DNA of 64,000 nucleotides from Macrostomum lignano (lineage: Eukaryota): the NCBI GenBank assembly GCA_002269645.1, contig NIVC01000326.1, forward strand, positions 507,464 through 571,463. Direction: 5' to 3'. Both the position numbers and the translations under genes were made by a program. Numbering within the stretch: position 1 is the stretch's first letter; each line of letters begins with the position of its first letter. The notes beneath the pieces are model-generated. The model saw nothing but the letters and a program-made list of their open reading frames with translations. It ran no database searches and had not been told where the DNA came from. Of this stretch, positions 10,577 to 21,625 are shown one piece after another.

Positions 10577-13487
10577 ACTTGACTTACTTGACTTAGCTGC
10601 AGGGCTGTCCCGAAGGGGACACAGCGGGAAGGCGCGGGCGCCCATTCCGCTAGTCCCTGAACGGCCGACGCGTCGCTATGGACGGAGGGTTGGCGCCGCC
10701 CAGGGAGGTCCCCCAGTGTCGCCAGCAGCTATGGTGCTCTCTGGAAAGGAGAGTTCAGCCCTGCGGGTGGCCCGAAGGTAGCGCATGAGCTGATTAAAGT
10801 TTTCGGGTTTGCACGCTTCAGTAATAGATGTGTGTGGCCCGAGGTAAGTGAGTCTGGCCCGCGTGAAGGCGGGACAGATGCTGACGAAATGCTCAGCGGT
10901 TTCGTCACCTGAGTTGCAGAAGCTACAGGTGGCGTTGGTGGCGTTGCCCTGCAGGTACTGGTGCCTGGAGAAGCAGCCGTGACCAGAGAGGGTCATGGTG
11001 GCAGCCCGGATGTCTCTGCGCGAGAGGCGCAAGAGGAGCTTCCGGAGCTGGTGAGAGGGCTGAGGGACAGCGCCTCTGGATTGCCTGCAGTTCGTGCGGT
11101 TCGCCCAAGTCGAGCGGTGCTGAGTCCTGATCCACGCTTTGATGCGCGAGTCGATGACACAGCCAGGAATCGGGACAAGAGGTTCGGGGCCGAGAGAGGA
11201 GCCGGAGGCACCAACTTTTGCAAGGGTGTCAGCCAACTCATTTCCTCGGATCCCCACATGCCCCGGAACCCACTTAAGGGTAATTTTGTTGGCGGAACCC
11301 AACATGTTGAGGAGTTTGATACAGTCGAGGACTGTAGCAGAGTTGGTGCTGCAGCCACTGATGGCGTGCAAGGCAGCTTGGCTGTCCGAATGGAAAATGA
11401 TGTTCTTACCAGTAACGCCAGTGGCGAGAAGCTCTGCAGTGCAGGAGCTGATGGCCAGAACTTCATTTTGGAAAACACTGGAGTTGACCCCAGTGTATTG
11501 AGCGTGGGTAGCGATGACCCTCCCGTTCAGAAAGATTCCAACACCAAAGCCGGTGTTGGCTGACTGCTTAGAACCATCGGTGTAGCAATGAAGCTCACCA
11601 GGGTTCCATTGGTCATTGATGTTATCGCGCGAGTCGATAGCTACGGAGTAGCGCTGTCTCAGGTTGAGCGTTGAGGCAATGCCATCGGTGAAGACGCGAT
11701 TGGCCTGACACTCGTTGAGAAAGTTGAGGCACAGATCGCTATGCGGGACAAGGTTCCGCTTAGCAGGTGCTCTCATGTAAATGAATTTGACGCCGGCATC
11801 AATTAGACGCCGCGTCGTTCTAGCCGCCTCACCCCTGATGAAGAGGTCAAGAGGCGGAAGATTAAGGAAGGCCCCCATGCCAGCAAAGGGCGTGGACCTG
11901 GTGGCGTTGCAGATGAGCCTACACGCTCTGCCTTGGATCGTGTTGAGCAGGTCTGCATGGCTTTTGACCTGGGTAGCGCTAACCCAGACAACAGAGGCGT
12001 ACGTAATGGCAGGTCTAACTACGGAAGTATAGATCCACCAAAGCCGCTTTGGGGATAGACCCCAAGAAGTGCCAAGTGCTCGTCGGAGCTGGGCCAGGAT
12101 GGCTGAGGCACGCTTGGCTTTTGCTTTCACGTGGGAGGACCAGTTGAGCCGGTGGTCAAGTATGACCCCGAGACATCTGGTCTGGTGCGCGAAGGCAATA
12201 TCTCTGCCGTAGAGCTGCAGAGGACGTATGTTCCAGCGTAGTCTGCTGGTAAACATAATGGCAACGGTTTTGGGCTCAGAGAGTTCCAGACCATTGTCAT
12301 TGGCCCAGGATTCTGCTTTGCGGATAAAGCTCTGCATCAGATCCCTGAGCGTGCTGGGAGACGGTCCTGCCACAATGGCCGTGACGTCATCAGCATACCC
12401 GACTTTGAAGACGGGGTCGGGTCGGGAGTCACTCAAAAGAGCGTCCATGACCAGGTTCCAGAGCGTCGGGGTGAGGACTCCGCCTTGGGGTCCACCCTTA
12501 CAGACTCTGGTGGAGGCAGTTTGCCCAAGAAGTTGGGCAGTGACCGTACGGTTGGAGATCATGTACATGATCCACCGTATGAGGGTAGCATGAGCTTTGC
12601 GATTTTGAAGGGCCCTCTGAAACGCTTCAAAGATAACGTTGTCGAAGGCGCCAACAATGTCAAGAAAGAGAGCCAGAGCGTAACCGTCACCCAGTACCGC
12701 CCTTTCAATCTTCTCGACAATCGCATGCAAGGCGCTGTCAGTCGACCTCCCGGTACGGAAGGCGTGCTGATTATTGCTGAGGGGCATCGCTGTCAGCTCG
12801 CAGGACAGCAGCCGCCAGAGAATAAGCCTCTCAGTGAGCTTAAGCATTGCTGACGTTAAGCTAATAGGCCGGAAGGCCTTGACGCTTTGGTAGTCACCCT
12901 TCCCAGGTTTGGGAATAAAGACTACCCGAGCTTCAGTCCAGCATTTGGGAACGTATCCCAGCTGGATAGAGGCCCGCATAAGATTGCGGGTGAGTCTCAG
13001 GAACGAGGGTATCTTGGCTGCTTCACGAAGGAGAACAGGGTAGATACCATCAGGTCCAGGAGATTTGAAGGGTTTGAAGGTTCTGACCGCACGAGCGATT
13101 AGGTCTTCAGTGACAATGCCCGCCGCTAGGGTGGCTCCATCCATCGAATGGTTGGGCTCCGGTCTAGCAGTAGGTACCCTCGGGAAGAAAGTGCTGAGCA
13201 TATGCTGAAGCACTTCTTCAGGGTCTTTAGTAAGAGAGCCATCATCTTTTTTGATCATGGCTAATTTGGACATTTTGTCCATTGTAAGGGCCTTGACAAG
13301 CCTAGAAGTAGGTCTGTCTTGATCCAATTCATTGCAGAATTGGCGCCACTTACATTCCTTGGCCTTGCGCACTTCAGATTTGAAATTGCGGGAGGCTTGC
13401 CGGAAAAGCTCCATGTCCTCCGGGTTTCCGGTCTTCATGGCACGGCGATGAAGGCTTTTGGCCACACCCTCCGCGGCTTTCCGTCTC
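10577..13487 (-). mobile_element. 5'-truncated non-LTR retrotransposon with RT, RNase H and C-terminal CCHC (I group, Loa/R1-like) in the TRAF-A intron
   Basis: The ORF begins after the usual APE region (no APE or ORF1). The 3' end carries the tandem tail TAAGTCAAGTAAGTCAAGT at 10577-10595. No TSD found. Confidence 0.88.
10676..13465 (-). CDS. Reverse transcriptase, RNase H and CCHC zinc knuckle (929 aa, uninterrupted)
   Basis: KSPGPDGI, FRPISLTS, QHAFRTGRST, LFLDIVGAFD, PQGGVLTP, GYADD, LGVILD; RNase H YTDGS..E..HSDSQAAL..GNELAD; CSFC-x8-H-x4-C. Confidence 0.95.
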   Translation of the reverse strand: MAKSLHRRAMKTGNPEDMELFRQASRNFKSEVRKAKECKWRQFCNELDQDRPTSRLVKALTMDKMSKLAMIKKDDGSLTKDPEEVLQHMLSTFFPRVPTARPEPNHSMDGATLAAGIVTEDLIARAVRTFKPFKSPGPDGIYPVLLREAAKIPSFLRLTRNLMRASIQLGYVPKCWTEARVVFIPKPGKGDYQSVKAFRPISLTSAMLKLTERLILWRLLSCELTAMPLSNNQHAFRTGRSTDSALHAIVEKIERAVLGDGYALALFLDIVGAFDNVIFEAFQRALQNRKAHATLIRWIMYMISNRTVTAQLLGQTASTRVCKGGPQGGVLTPTLWNLVMDALLSDSRPDPVFKVGYADDVTAIVAGPSPSTLRDLMQSFIRKAESWANDNGLELSEPKTVAIMFTSRLRWNIRPLQLYGRDIAFAHQTRCLGVILDHRLNWSSHVKAKAKRASAILAQLRRALGTSWGLSPKRLWWIYTSVVRPAITYASVVWVSATQVKSHADLLNTIQGRACRLICNATRSTPFAGMGAFLNLPPLDLFIRGEAARTTRRLIDAGVKFIYMRAPAKRNLVPHSDLCLNFLNECQANRVFTDGIASTLNLRQRYSVAIDSRDNINDQWNPGELHCYTDGSKQSANTGFGVGIFLNGRVIATHAQYTGVNSSVFQNEVLAISSCTAELLATGVTGKNIIFHSDSQAALHAISGCSTNSATVLDCIKLLNMLGSANKITLKWVPGHVGIRGNELADTLAKVGASGSSLGPEPLVPIPGCVIDSRIKAWIRTQHRSTWANRTNCRQSRGAVPQPSHQLRKLLLRLSRRDIRAATMTLSGHGCFSRHQYLQGNATNATCSFCNSGDETAEHFVSICPAFTRARLTYLGPHTSITEACKPENFNQLMRYLRATRRAELSFPESTIAAGDTGGPPWAAPTLRP

Positions 13488-14923
13488 TAGTAACGCGCCC
13501 CACCTGAACATTGTGCTGTGGAGGGTTTCTAGTGCTATAATTTGCTTGTGCTACCTACATTGAACAAACAGAAACAGATGTCTAACTGCTGATTACTATA
13601 AATCAGTTTAAAAAATTATAAACTGTAACGGGAAATTGTCACCAGCAAAAGTACGCACTTCTGGTACGTAACTGTACTTAACTTGGTACGACACTCATCA
13701 CAGTTGACCAGCCTCCGTCTGCAAGCGCTCCTCTTGTGCTCATCCAACTCTCTCTTCAGCGTTGCCTCACCGCACATTTCGCACTTCACCTTCTCAAATT
13801 CGCAATCTGCCAGGTGAGCGTCGGCCTGTCGCCATGGAAACTCAGCCGGACAACCGTCGGCCTTATTCGGACAGAACACCTTCAGCTTAGTGAGCTCTCG
13901 CCGAGATGCGATGTCGGGAAAGCAGGACGACTGGCAGATGTTGATCTCCTCATCAGGGTCCTTGCAGGCGTCGCTCTTGCCCGGACACGGCACCTTGTCG
14001 GTTGCTGGCAGGCTGTCCACACAGGACTGGCACAGGCGGCAGCCGTGCGGTGTCTGGAATGAGTTGGTCACCGGCCTGGAGCAGCTGCTGCAGCGCAGGT
14101 GGCTTGGCAGACTGCGCTCGTCTACCAGGCTGGCTGCGAGGGCGCGCGTGGAGAGCACAATGCCAGCGGACATAATTCTGTAAATCCCTAAGATTAAACT
14201 TATATAAAATTGCTGCTGGCCTTATCCTGATCACAGACAGTACAACATGTGGATAATAAATTAATCTAGTTTAGCAGGTACTACCTTGTAGGTCAACTGT
14301 GTCTAAATTAAGAGCGGCGAACACTAGAACTTTACAACAAGCGCGTACTTTTTCTTTCTACTCGTATTTCCAGCTCATACCGTACGGTATAAAGAACTCT
14401 AAAGTAAATTCTATGCATTCACGGCGCACACACTGGCATGGCATACCATTGTACACTGCTACGTACATGTACCATGTACGGTGGGATATATGCAGTAGCA
14501 AAGCAAGCAGCATTTTCATGGGTCAGCAGGAATGCACTTCAGACGCCAATATACTTCAGTAGCGTCTAGGCTAAAAGGAACTACCTTGTAACTAACTGGA
14601 AACCTCCAGTAAGTAAATTAGATTGTTATCAGTGCTTAACACTCTGCAGTGGCCTGGACTGTTTTAATCTGCAAAAGCTGGAATATCCGACACTACACAA
14701 ACGACAAGTACATAAAGCTATAGTAAAAGCCTAAGCTCAAGTTCAACATTCGGGACGCCAGAATCCGCGCAACTCGTTAAATACATTTTTACCAGCAAAT
14801 ACTCATTTTAACGCGAAACAGTCGCTTTGTCTGCATTGCGCCTATATAATAGACAACTTTGTTTAACTATTTCCAGAAGTGTGGTTGATTTAAAATTGGG
14901 TTTTGTTTAGTTCTTCTCGCCCT

Positions 14924-15292
14924 CAGTAGCGTAGCTAGGGGGGGGGGATACGGGGATATATTCCCCCATTTTGCCGATTTATAGGAAACCAAAATGAGGA
15001 TTTTTCGAAAAAAGGCAAAATAAAGCGGCTTAGATTTAGCAAAATTGCCAAAAATTGGCGTATTTCACTCGTAAATTATTATTAAATTGTTTCTAAGTTC
15101 CTAAAATGCCGTCGTCAGAACAGACGTCTGCCGGCTTTACTCTGATTTTAACAAAGTAAAGTCTTTTAAGCCTAATAAGCATGATTTTGGTACTTTTTGA
15201 AAGCATATTTGAAGCAAAAATTGCAAAAAAACTTTTTTTATTAGTCTAAAATTTTGTCCCTCAAAGTTATCCCCCCTTTTCAAAATCCACTG
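14924..15292. mobile_element. hAT-type MITE (369 bp) with 8-bp TSD CTCGCCCT
   Basis: CTCGCCCT at 14916-14923 and 15293-15300. Termini CAGTAGCGTAGCTAGGG... and ...ATCCACTG (right TIR internally deleted). An 8-bp TSD with CAG termini is typical of hAT. Confidence 0.78.
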
Positions 15293-17488
15293 CTCGCCCT
15301 TCTGCCGCGCGCTCTGAGTGGTTAGTGCTCACATAGACTTGGCATCACCATTAGCAATAGTCTTAGATTGTACTTATCTGCTTGGCATTAGTACTACTAC
15401 TACTATCTTTAATACTAAGATTATTATCATTATTATTGCTAGATTGCATTAACGCTCAGCACGCGCATCATAGTCTATATTAAATAAAAGATCCGAACTT
15501 TGTCGCAGAAAAAAGTGACGCTATTTATTACTTATTACAATGACAACACAATTGTCAAGGAAATATATATTTTATTATTATTATCGAGTATATGGATAGC
15601 GATGGGAGTGCAAGACAACTCGTGCATACTTGATTAACTATATTGTCCGACTTGCAAAAAATGACAAGTGCGGATGGTTGCAACTTGTGAATTAATTAAT
15701 AATAGCACAGATGCACTAATAGGCCAAGACCTTTAGCTTATTACGTCAATGGCTGGGTTTTGGTGCACACTGTAGTTTATTCAAAAGGGCGTATGTAATA
15801 ATGTATTGTAGCATCCGGTATCCTACAGAAATTCTAATACAATCAAATGGATCATGCGGATAGCAAGTAAAAACAGTCTTCAAGACCACATAATACACTT
15901 GTAGACTTCAATCATAGTCCATGCGTCAGAAATGTGCGTTACGGTGCGCAACGCGAGTTAAACGACTTTGTGACTCGTGCACGACAGAACAGTATGGCAG
16001 ATCTATGAAACGAAGCTATGAAAACTACGTAACATAGGTACCTCTTCTAAGTCCGATAAAATCGAGTTTAAGTTCCCATTCTCTATACGCGCCTTTTCAT
16101 TGGCCGATGAGAGGCATACTTTAGACAAGAATAAATTGTTTTCAATATGGACAGCAGGAGATACTACAAAGGTTGACCTAAAAAGGATGCGGTTTAACTT
16201 TCTGTAGCCGAAACTGTTCTTTCACCAATGTAGCTTACAAACTAGGTATGTTCTAGATCTAATCAATGAGTACCGAGCATGCTGTATTTCTGGTTTCAAC
16301 TGCAGCTGGCAAAGTTGACATTCTAACTTATGCCCTCGACACTCTTTGGTTCGAATCATAGATGTTCTATCAAGTTTTAAAATTACAGAATCATTTTCTG
16401 TTTTATTTTCCACACCGCGCCTCCACCATGGAGAACGATTAGAAAACGATAAAAAATTCCTTGAACCGCTAATTAAGATAAATTTGAAGCTTAAAAACAA
16501 TCGTTACAATTATTATTGACAGGCTGAACATTCAAAAAGTGCATGCAGCTTTTCATATACCAATCAAAGAATACCGAGCTAAAATACAGAGCCAATACAG
16601 CTATGAAACATACGATTTGTGCTGAGCATACGAGGGCTGTCCTAAAAGCAGTGTTACTTTTCATTATATCTATCGGTCAGATGATCCAAATCATGAGTCA
16701 TCCATTTTTCACAAATTTATAGCGGCAACTCCCTTCTTCATAGTAACTTTAAAACACTTACAGTATGTACTCGTAAATAAATGACTTTTGGCGCAGCAAA
16801 TGGATGGAACAAAAAGCAATGAAGCTGAAGCCCAGTGGGAAATATTCTGCTGCTTTGAAAGTTTCATGCTTCTCCTAATAGATATCTCTTTGTCTCTGTC
16901 ACGGCAGCCTAACAAAGAAGTCTCTGATGGTTAAGTTCCTGTTACATTTTTGTTCATAACTTTTGTTTCCATTGTCTGTTTTTAATGATGTTAATTTAAT
17001 AGTTCGTATGAAGAATAGAGCTGCCGCTATAAAATTGTGAAAATTTATTTAGATCATCATAATGAGAGATGTAATGAAAATTAACACCACTGTTGGGACT
17101 CGTAAATTAATATTGGTATCATAGTGCCATATATATTTGAACATATACGTTCGAAGCCACTGAATTTACACAGAATGCCGAATGCCGATCAGTTTTCACG
17201 AAGATGAATTAAGATTCGAACGCGCTACCATTGTTTCAAGAAATTATGGTCAGTAGTATCAAGGTACCAAGGGCAGTTATTTATTTTAGTTGCAGACTTG
17301 TTTATAGTCGAAAAGTAGGAGTTTGAGGATTTGGGATTTAAGCTTCAGCATTGTTAGCAATATTGGCTCTCTATGCTAGCTCGGTACGCTTTGACGCCAA
17401 CAGACAGATAATCAGTGTATTTCTATTTCTGATTACGGATCAAGAGAAAGCAAGCGACAAAGTCAAGAGAAATTTTAAAATTCAAATT

Positions 17489-19790
17489 TTATCTTCGACG
17501 ACCCCGCCGATTTGCTTCGCTCGGCCTCGGCTCAACTTCGGTCTCAATGTAGATCGAATCGTTTCGCACAAATTTCTCTTCAAGGATGTCAATTCTAACA
17601 AATCTTGTAACTGACGCATTTATTGACAGATCGCTTGCTGCTGGCGGTTTCTGTGCCGACAGAGTCGCCTTAGCAACAACATCGTCCGATCGAGTTCGAG
17701 GATGCAGCAGACGAAAGGTGACGTCGGCAACAAGCGGCCAGTCCTGCACATCCTCGTACTCGCTCTGGATCAGCACCAACTGAATGGTCACGTGACTGCC
17801 CTCGGCACCCTCCTGCCCGTTCAGAAAAAGGCGAACGCGGAACATGTAGCCGTAGCGTTTAGACATGAACGGCGGCGAGAACAAAGAGACTGGGGAGCCG
17901 CTCTTTGCCTCCCTGCGTCTGGCCGCGAAGCCAAGCACCTTCCACGTTAAACAGCCATCAAATGAGGTTTGTTCCAGGGTTTCAAAGCGAAGCTCGATTG
18001 CCCGCATCTGCTCCATCAGCCGGGAGACATCAGCAGATGAGGCCGAAGCTGCAGCTGCAGATGCTGCTGAGGCGCCAGTGGTTCCTGCTCCAGATCGCTC
18101 AGCAGCCTCCATCTGTCTCAACTTGTCGTCCATATTTTTCAGCATTGTTTTGAATCCTTGAAGACCTCCGAAAGATTTGATGAAGTCTTCCAGACTCATT
18201 GTAGACAGTGCCCAAGTCGCTATGTTTGGCTGCAGCCCTTTGAACTTGCTGAAAATATTCATGGCTCTGCGCTCCAAATCCTTCATCTCCTTGGACACCG
18301 CCTCTCCTGACCCGGTGACCGCGGACGCTCCATCAACTGCGGCACCTGCACCACCTGCAGCCGCACCTGGAAAGCCACTAGCAGTGCTGTGCTGAGCGGA
18401 TGCGCTGGAGACCCGCAGTTTGGCATCGATAAGCTGAAGGTGCCTGTCGGCTGCCTCGCTGCAGTGAGCCGCCATCTCTGTGGCCGGAGCGACAAAGTCG
18501 CAGCCAAGATGAGCAAATCTGCACGGCGTCGGCTTCTGAGGGCACTGGGACAGGTGGCTGAGAAATGCCTGCCGGTTGAAATTTCCCTCCGGCAGTGCGG
18601 ACACGGATCTCTGAACTCCCGACAGCAGGACATCGATTGCAGGTTCTTGTGCTCGGAGTCCATCGCGCCAGCAACTACCTGGGGAGGTTGTTCAAGTTTT
18701 CTGTAATAGATAAACTAAGCAATAATTTTACTTGATAACTAATAACTTTTTCTACTCAGTAGTAAAGGAAGGATATTTTGCGTCAAAAACGTTTTTCTTT
18801 CAATATTTGTTTGTTAAGAGCGAGAATTGAAAAGTTAAAAGTGGTTCCATTTAACGACGTAAAAGAAAGTTCGCGTTCAAAACAGTAAAATTCTGAAGTA
18901 AAATATTAAATTGGCCTGACCGAGTCGACAAATTCCACCCAAGTCTCGATCTCCCGCTTTGGTGCGACATACTTTCGTACGAATGCCTTTCGCTGGATTG
19001 GATCTTCATTGGATTTTGATGGAACAGGCATCTCAAGCTAAATATGCCTTGCAGCTAACTATGCATCACATCAAGCTTTTCGGTTACATAAGGAGGGAAG
19101 GAAATAATGAATAGGAGCAGAGGACAGGCATTTCCACTCTCTTATCCAGTTTAATGTACGATAGGCTAAAAATAGATCCGGCTTGTTCAACCAATCGCGT
19201 CTAAGTCCGTGCAACCATAGCTTTAGACATTTATCACCCAACCTCAATAGTCGCCTTAGTTAAAATTCACAAAAATTGAGCTTAGTCTAGGGCTTTACCT
19301 TGATTTTACAGTCATCGCAGTTGACCAGCCTCCGTCTGCACGCGCTACTCTTGTGCTCATCCAACTCTCTCTTAAGCGTTGCCTCACCGCACATTTCGCA
19401 CTTCACCTTCTCAAATTCGCAATCTGCCAGGTGAGCGTCGGCCTGTCGCCATGGAAACTCAGCCCGACAACCTTCAGACTTATTCGGACAGAACACCTTC
19501 AGCTTAGTGAGCTCTCGTCGAGATGCGATGTCGGGAAAGCAGGACGACTGGCAGATGTCGATCTCCTCATCAGGGTCCTTGCATGCGTCGCTCTTGCCCG
19601 GACACCGCACCTTGTCGGTTGCTGGCAGGCTGTCCACACAGGACTGGCACAGGCGGCAGCCGTGCGGTGTCTGGAAGGAGTTGGTCACCGGCCTGGAGCA
19701 GCTGCTGCAGCGCAGGTGGCCCGGCAGACTGCGCTCATCTACCAGACTGGCTGCGAGGGCACGCGTAGAGAGCACAATTCCAGCAGACAT
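17489..19790 (-). CDS. TRAF-family gene copy B (RING, TRAF zinc fingers, coiled coil, MATH); exons 19299..19790 and 17489..18678; one 1-bp deletion at about 18588
   Basis: Canonical phase-0 intron (AAG|GTAAAG ... CCCCAG|GTA). CPHC-R-EGNF is broken by one missing base relative to copy A; otherwise intact to RRGRRR*. The lesion could be a sequencing error. Confidence 0.85.
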
Positions 19791-20904
19791 AATTCTAAAG
19801 AGAGAAACAGCACCGAGACGGCCACCGCTTCTCTATAACTCCGCCATACAAGGTACTACCGTGTAATATTCCAGGCAGACCATGAACGGCTTTTTATAGC
19901 TCGAAGTGTACTTTTGTTAACTGAAAAGAAATTTACACGCCATGTAAGATACAGCGAGTTCACAGCACAGCATCTTCTGATACTTCAAGTATTTAAAGAA
20001 AATAACAGATATTGAAATTACATACTCGTATAACAGGATTAAAACTAAGCTAAGGGAATCAATACTGCTGCCAGTGGATCTATTTTTAGATTGCAGGAGT
20101 CCGGCAAGAAAGAGCTTAGCTGTACAGTAAGAACAACCGGAATTGCCGTGGGAAAGCCGTACACAAACGAGTTAAATAGATGTGCCTTTATCTATGCTAG
20201 CCTCTGCCTCACTGTACAATGTCAAAATAAACACCACTGCAACAGAGAAGGTACTTCCCCGCTCAATATTTTTCACACTAGCTCATAAAGACTCAACAAG
20301 GAACAAAAAAATTCACGACAGATAAGTCGATAAGCTCAAAATTTATCAAGGAAACTCCAGTTATAACTACAGAACTCTAGTGGGCCTCCTTGCGTTAAAC
20401 TGTCTCCATTTAATATCGGAAAGGAAACTAATAGAAATCCTGATAGGAAATCACGAAGTAATAAGATTTTATTATGCCTACAGGGTTTAAAATGGACTCG
20501 AAAAAAATTATTAAAAATTGCCAAAGCCACGGTTATCTGACAAGAACTCTCCGCAATGCACTGCTGCTTAGTTACATATATTTATATTAACAGAATGTGT
20601 TTGAACAGCAAATTTAACAACTAGCAGTTGCAATGAATCATACGGAGGCTTAGCAACACAGCTAGATTATTCATTTAAACAAAATCTTTGCATAAGTTGA
20701 AGGCACAGACGTGTAACCCTTTCTGTCGGGCAGAAACCAACAGTTCCGTTGAATAAGGAACTATAAAATTAAGCACGTGGAACTTTTATTTTGCATATGT
20801 GCGACATATGCATACTGGCAGCCAGCTAAGAAATACTAAGGAATACTCGTACAATGCTATGGAATAAACTCACCAACACCATTGATTCAATATGGAACAA
20901 GGCA

Positions 20905-21550
20905 AATCTCAGGGCTGTTTACAGACGAATCTCAGGCTGTTTAGAGACGAATCTCAGGCTGTTTAGAGACGAATCTTATTGCTGTTTAAAGACGAATCTC
21001 AGGGCTGTTTAAAGACGAATCTCAGGGCTGTTTAAAGACGAATCTCAGGGCTGTTTAAAGACGAATCTCAGGGCTGTTTAAAGACGAATCTCAGGGCGGT
21101 TTAAAGACGAATCTCAGGGCGGTTTAAAGACGAATCTCAGGGCGGTTTAAAGACGAATCTCAGGGCTGTTTAAAGACGAATCTCAGGGCTGTTTACAGAA
21201 GATTTTAAGAGCTGTTCACAGACGAATCTCAGGGCTGTTTAAAGACGAATCTCAGGGCTGTTTACAGAAGATTTTAAGAGATGTTCACAGACGAATCTCA
21301 GGGCTGTTTAAAGACGAATCTCAGGGCTGTTTAAAGACGAATCTCAGGGCTGTTTAAAGACGAATCTCAGGGCTGTTTAAAGACGAATCTCAGGGCTGTT
21401 TACAGACGAATCTCAGGGCTGTTTACAGACGAATTTCCGGGCTGTTTAAAGACGAATCTCAGGGCTGTTTATAGACGAATATCAGGGCTGTTTACAGACG
21501 AATCTCAGGGCTGTTTAAAGACGAATCTGGGGGCTGTTTACAGACGATTT
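20905..21550. repeat. 23-bp minisatellite (GGGCTGTTTAAAGACGAATCTCA)n
   Basis: Direct tandem units just downstream of the COG2 stop codon. Confidence 0.95.
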
Positions 21551-21625
21551 TAGCGCTATTTAAAGGCAGTATTAATTTGTAGGGCTGAATATATAATCAG
21601 CTCTCTGAAGCCGCACAGATCACAA

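Larger units (their letters stand above)
9090..14173 (-). pseudogene. TRAF-family gene copy A (RING, TRAF zinc fingers, coiled coil, MATH); exons 13682..14173 and 9090..10307; disrupted
   Basis: RING and ZnF in the 13616-14173 ORF. Exon 2 acceptor CACAG at 10308. In-frame TAA at about 9927 where copy B has TCA. Donor reads AAG|TTAAGT where copy B has AAG|GTAAAG. MATH motifs DGCITWKI, FSPPF, RLLLNG, GEYDDTLEWP. Confidence 0.85.

Noticed and set aside
13487-13520. Target-site duplication for the LINE
   Set aside because: No matching direct repeat was found at the 10560-10577 flank.
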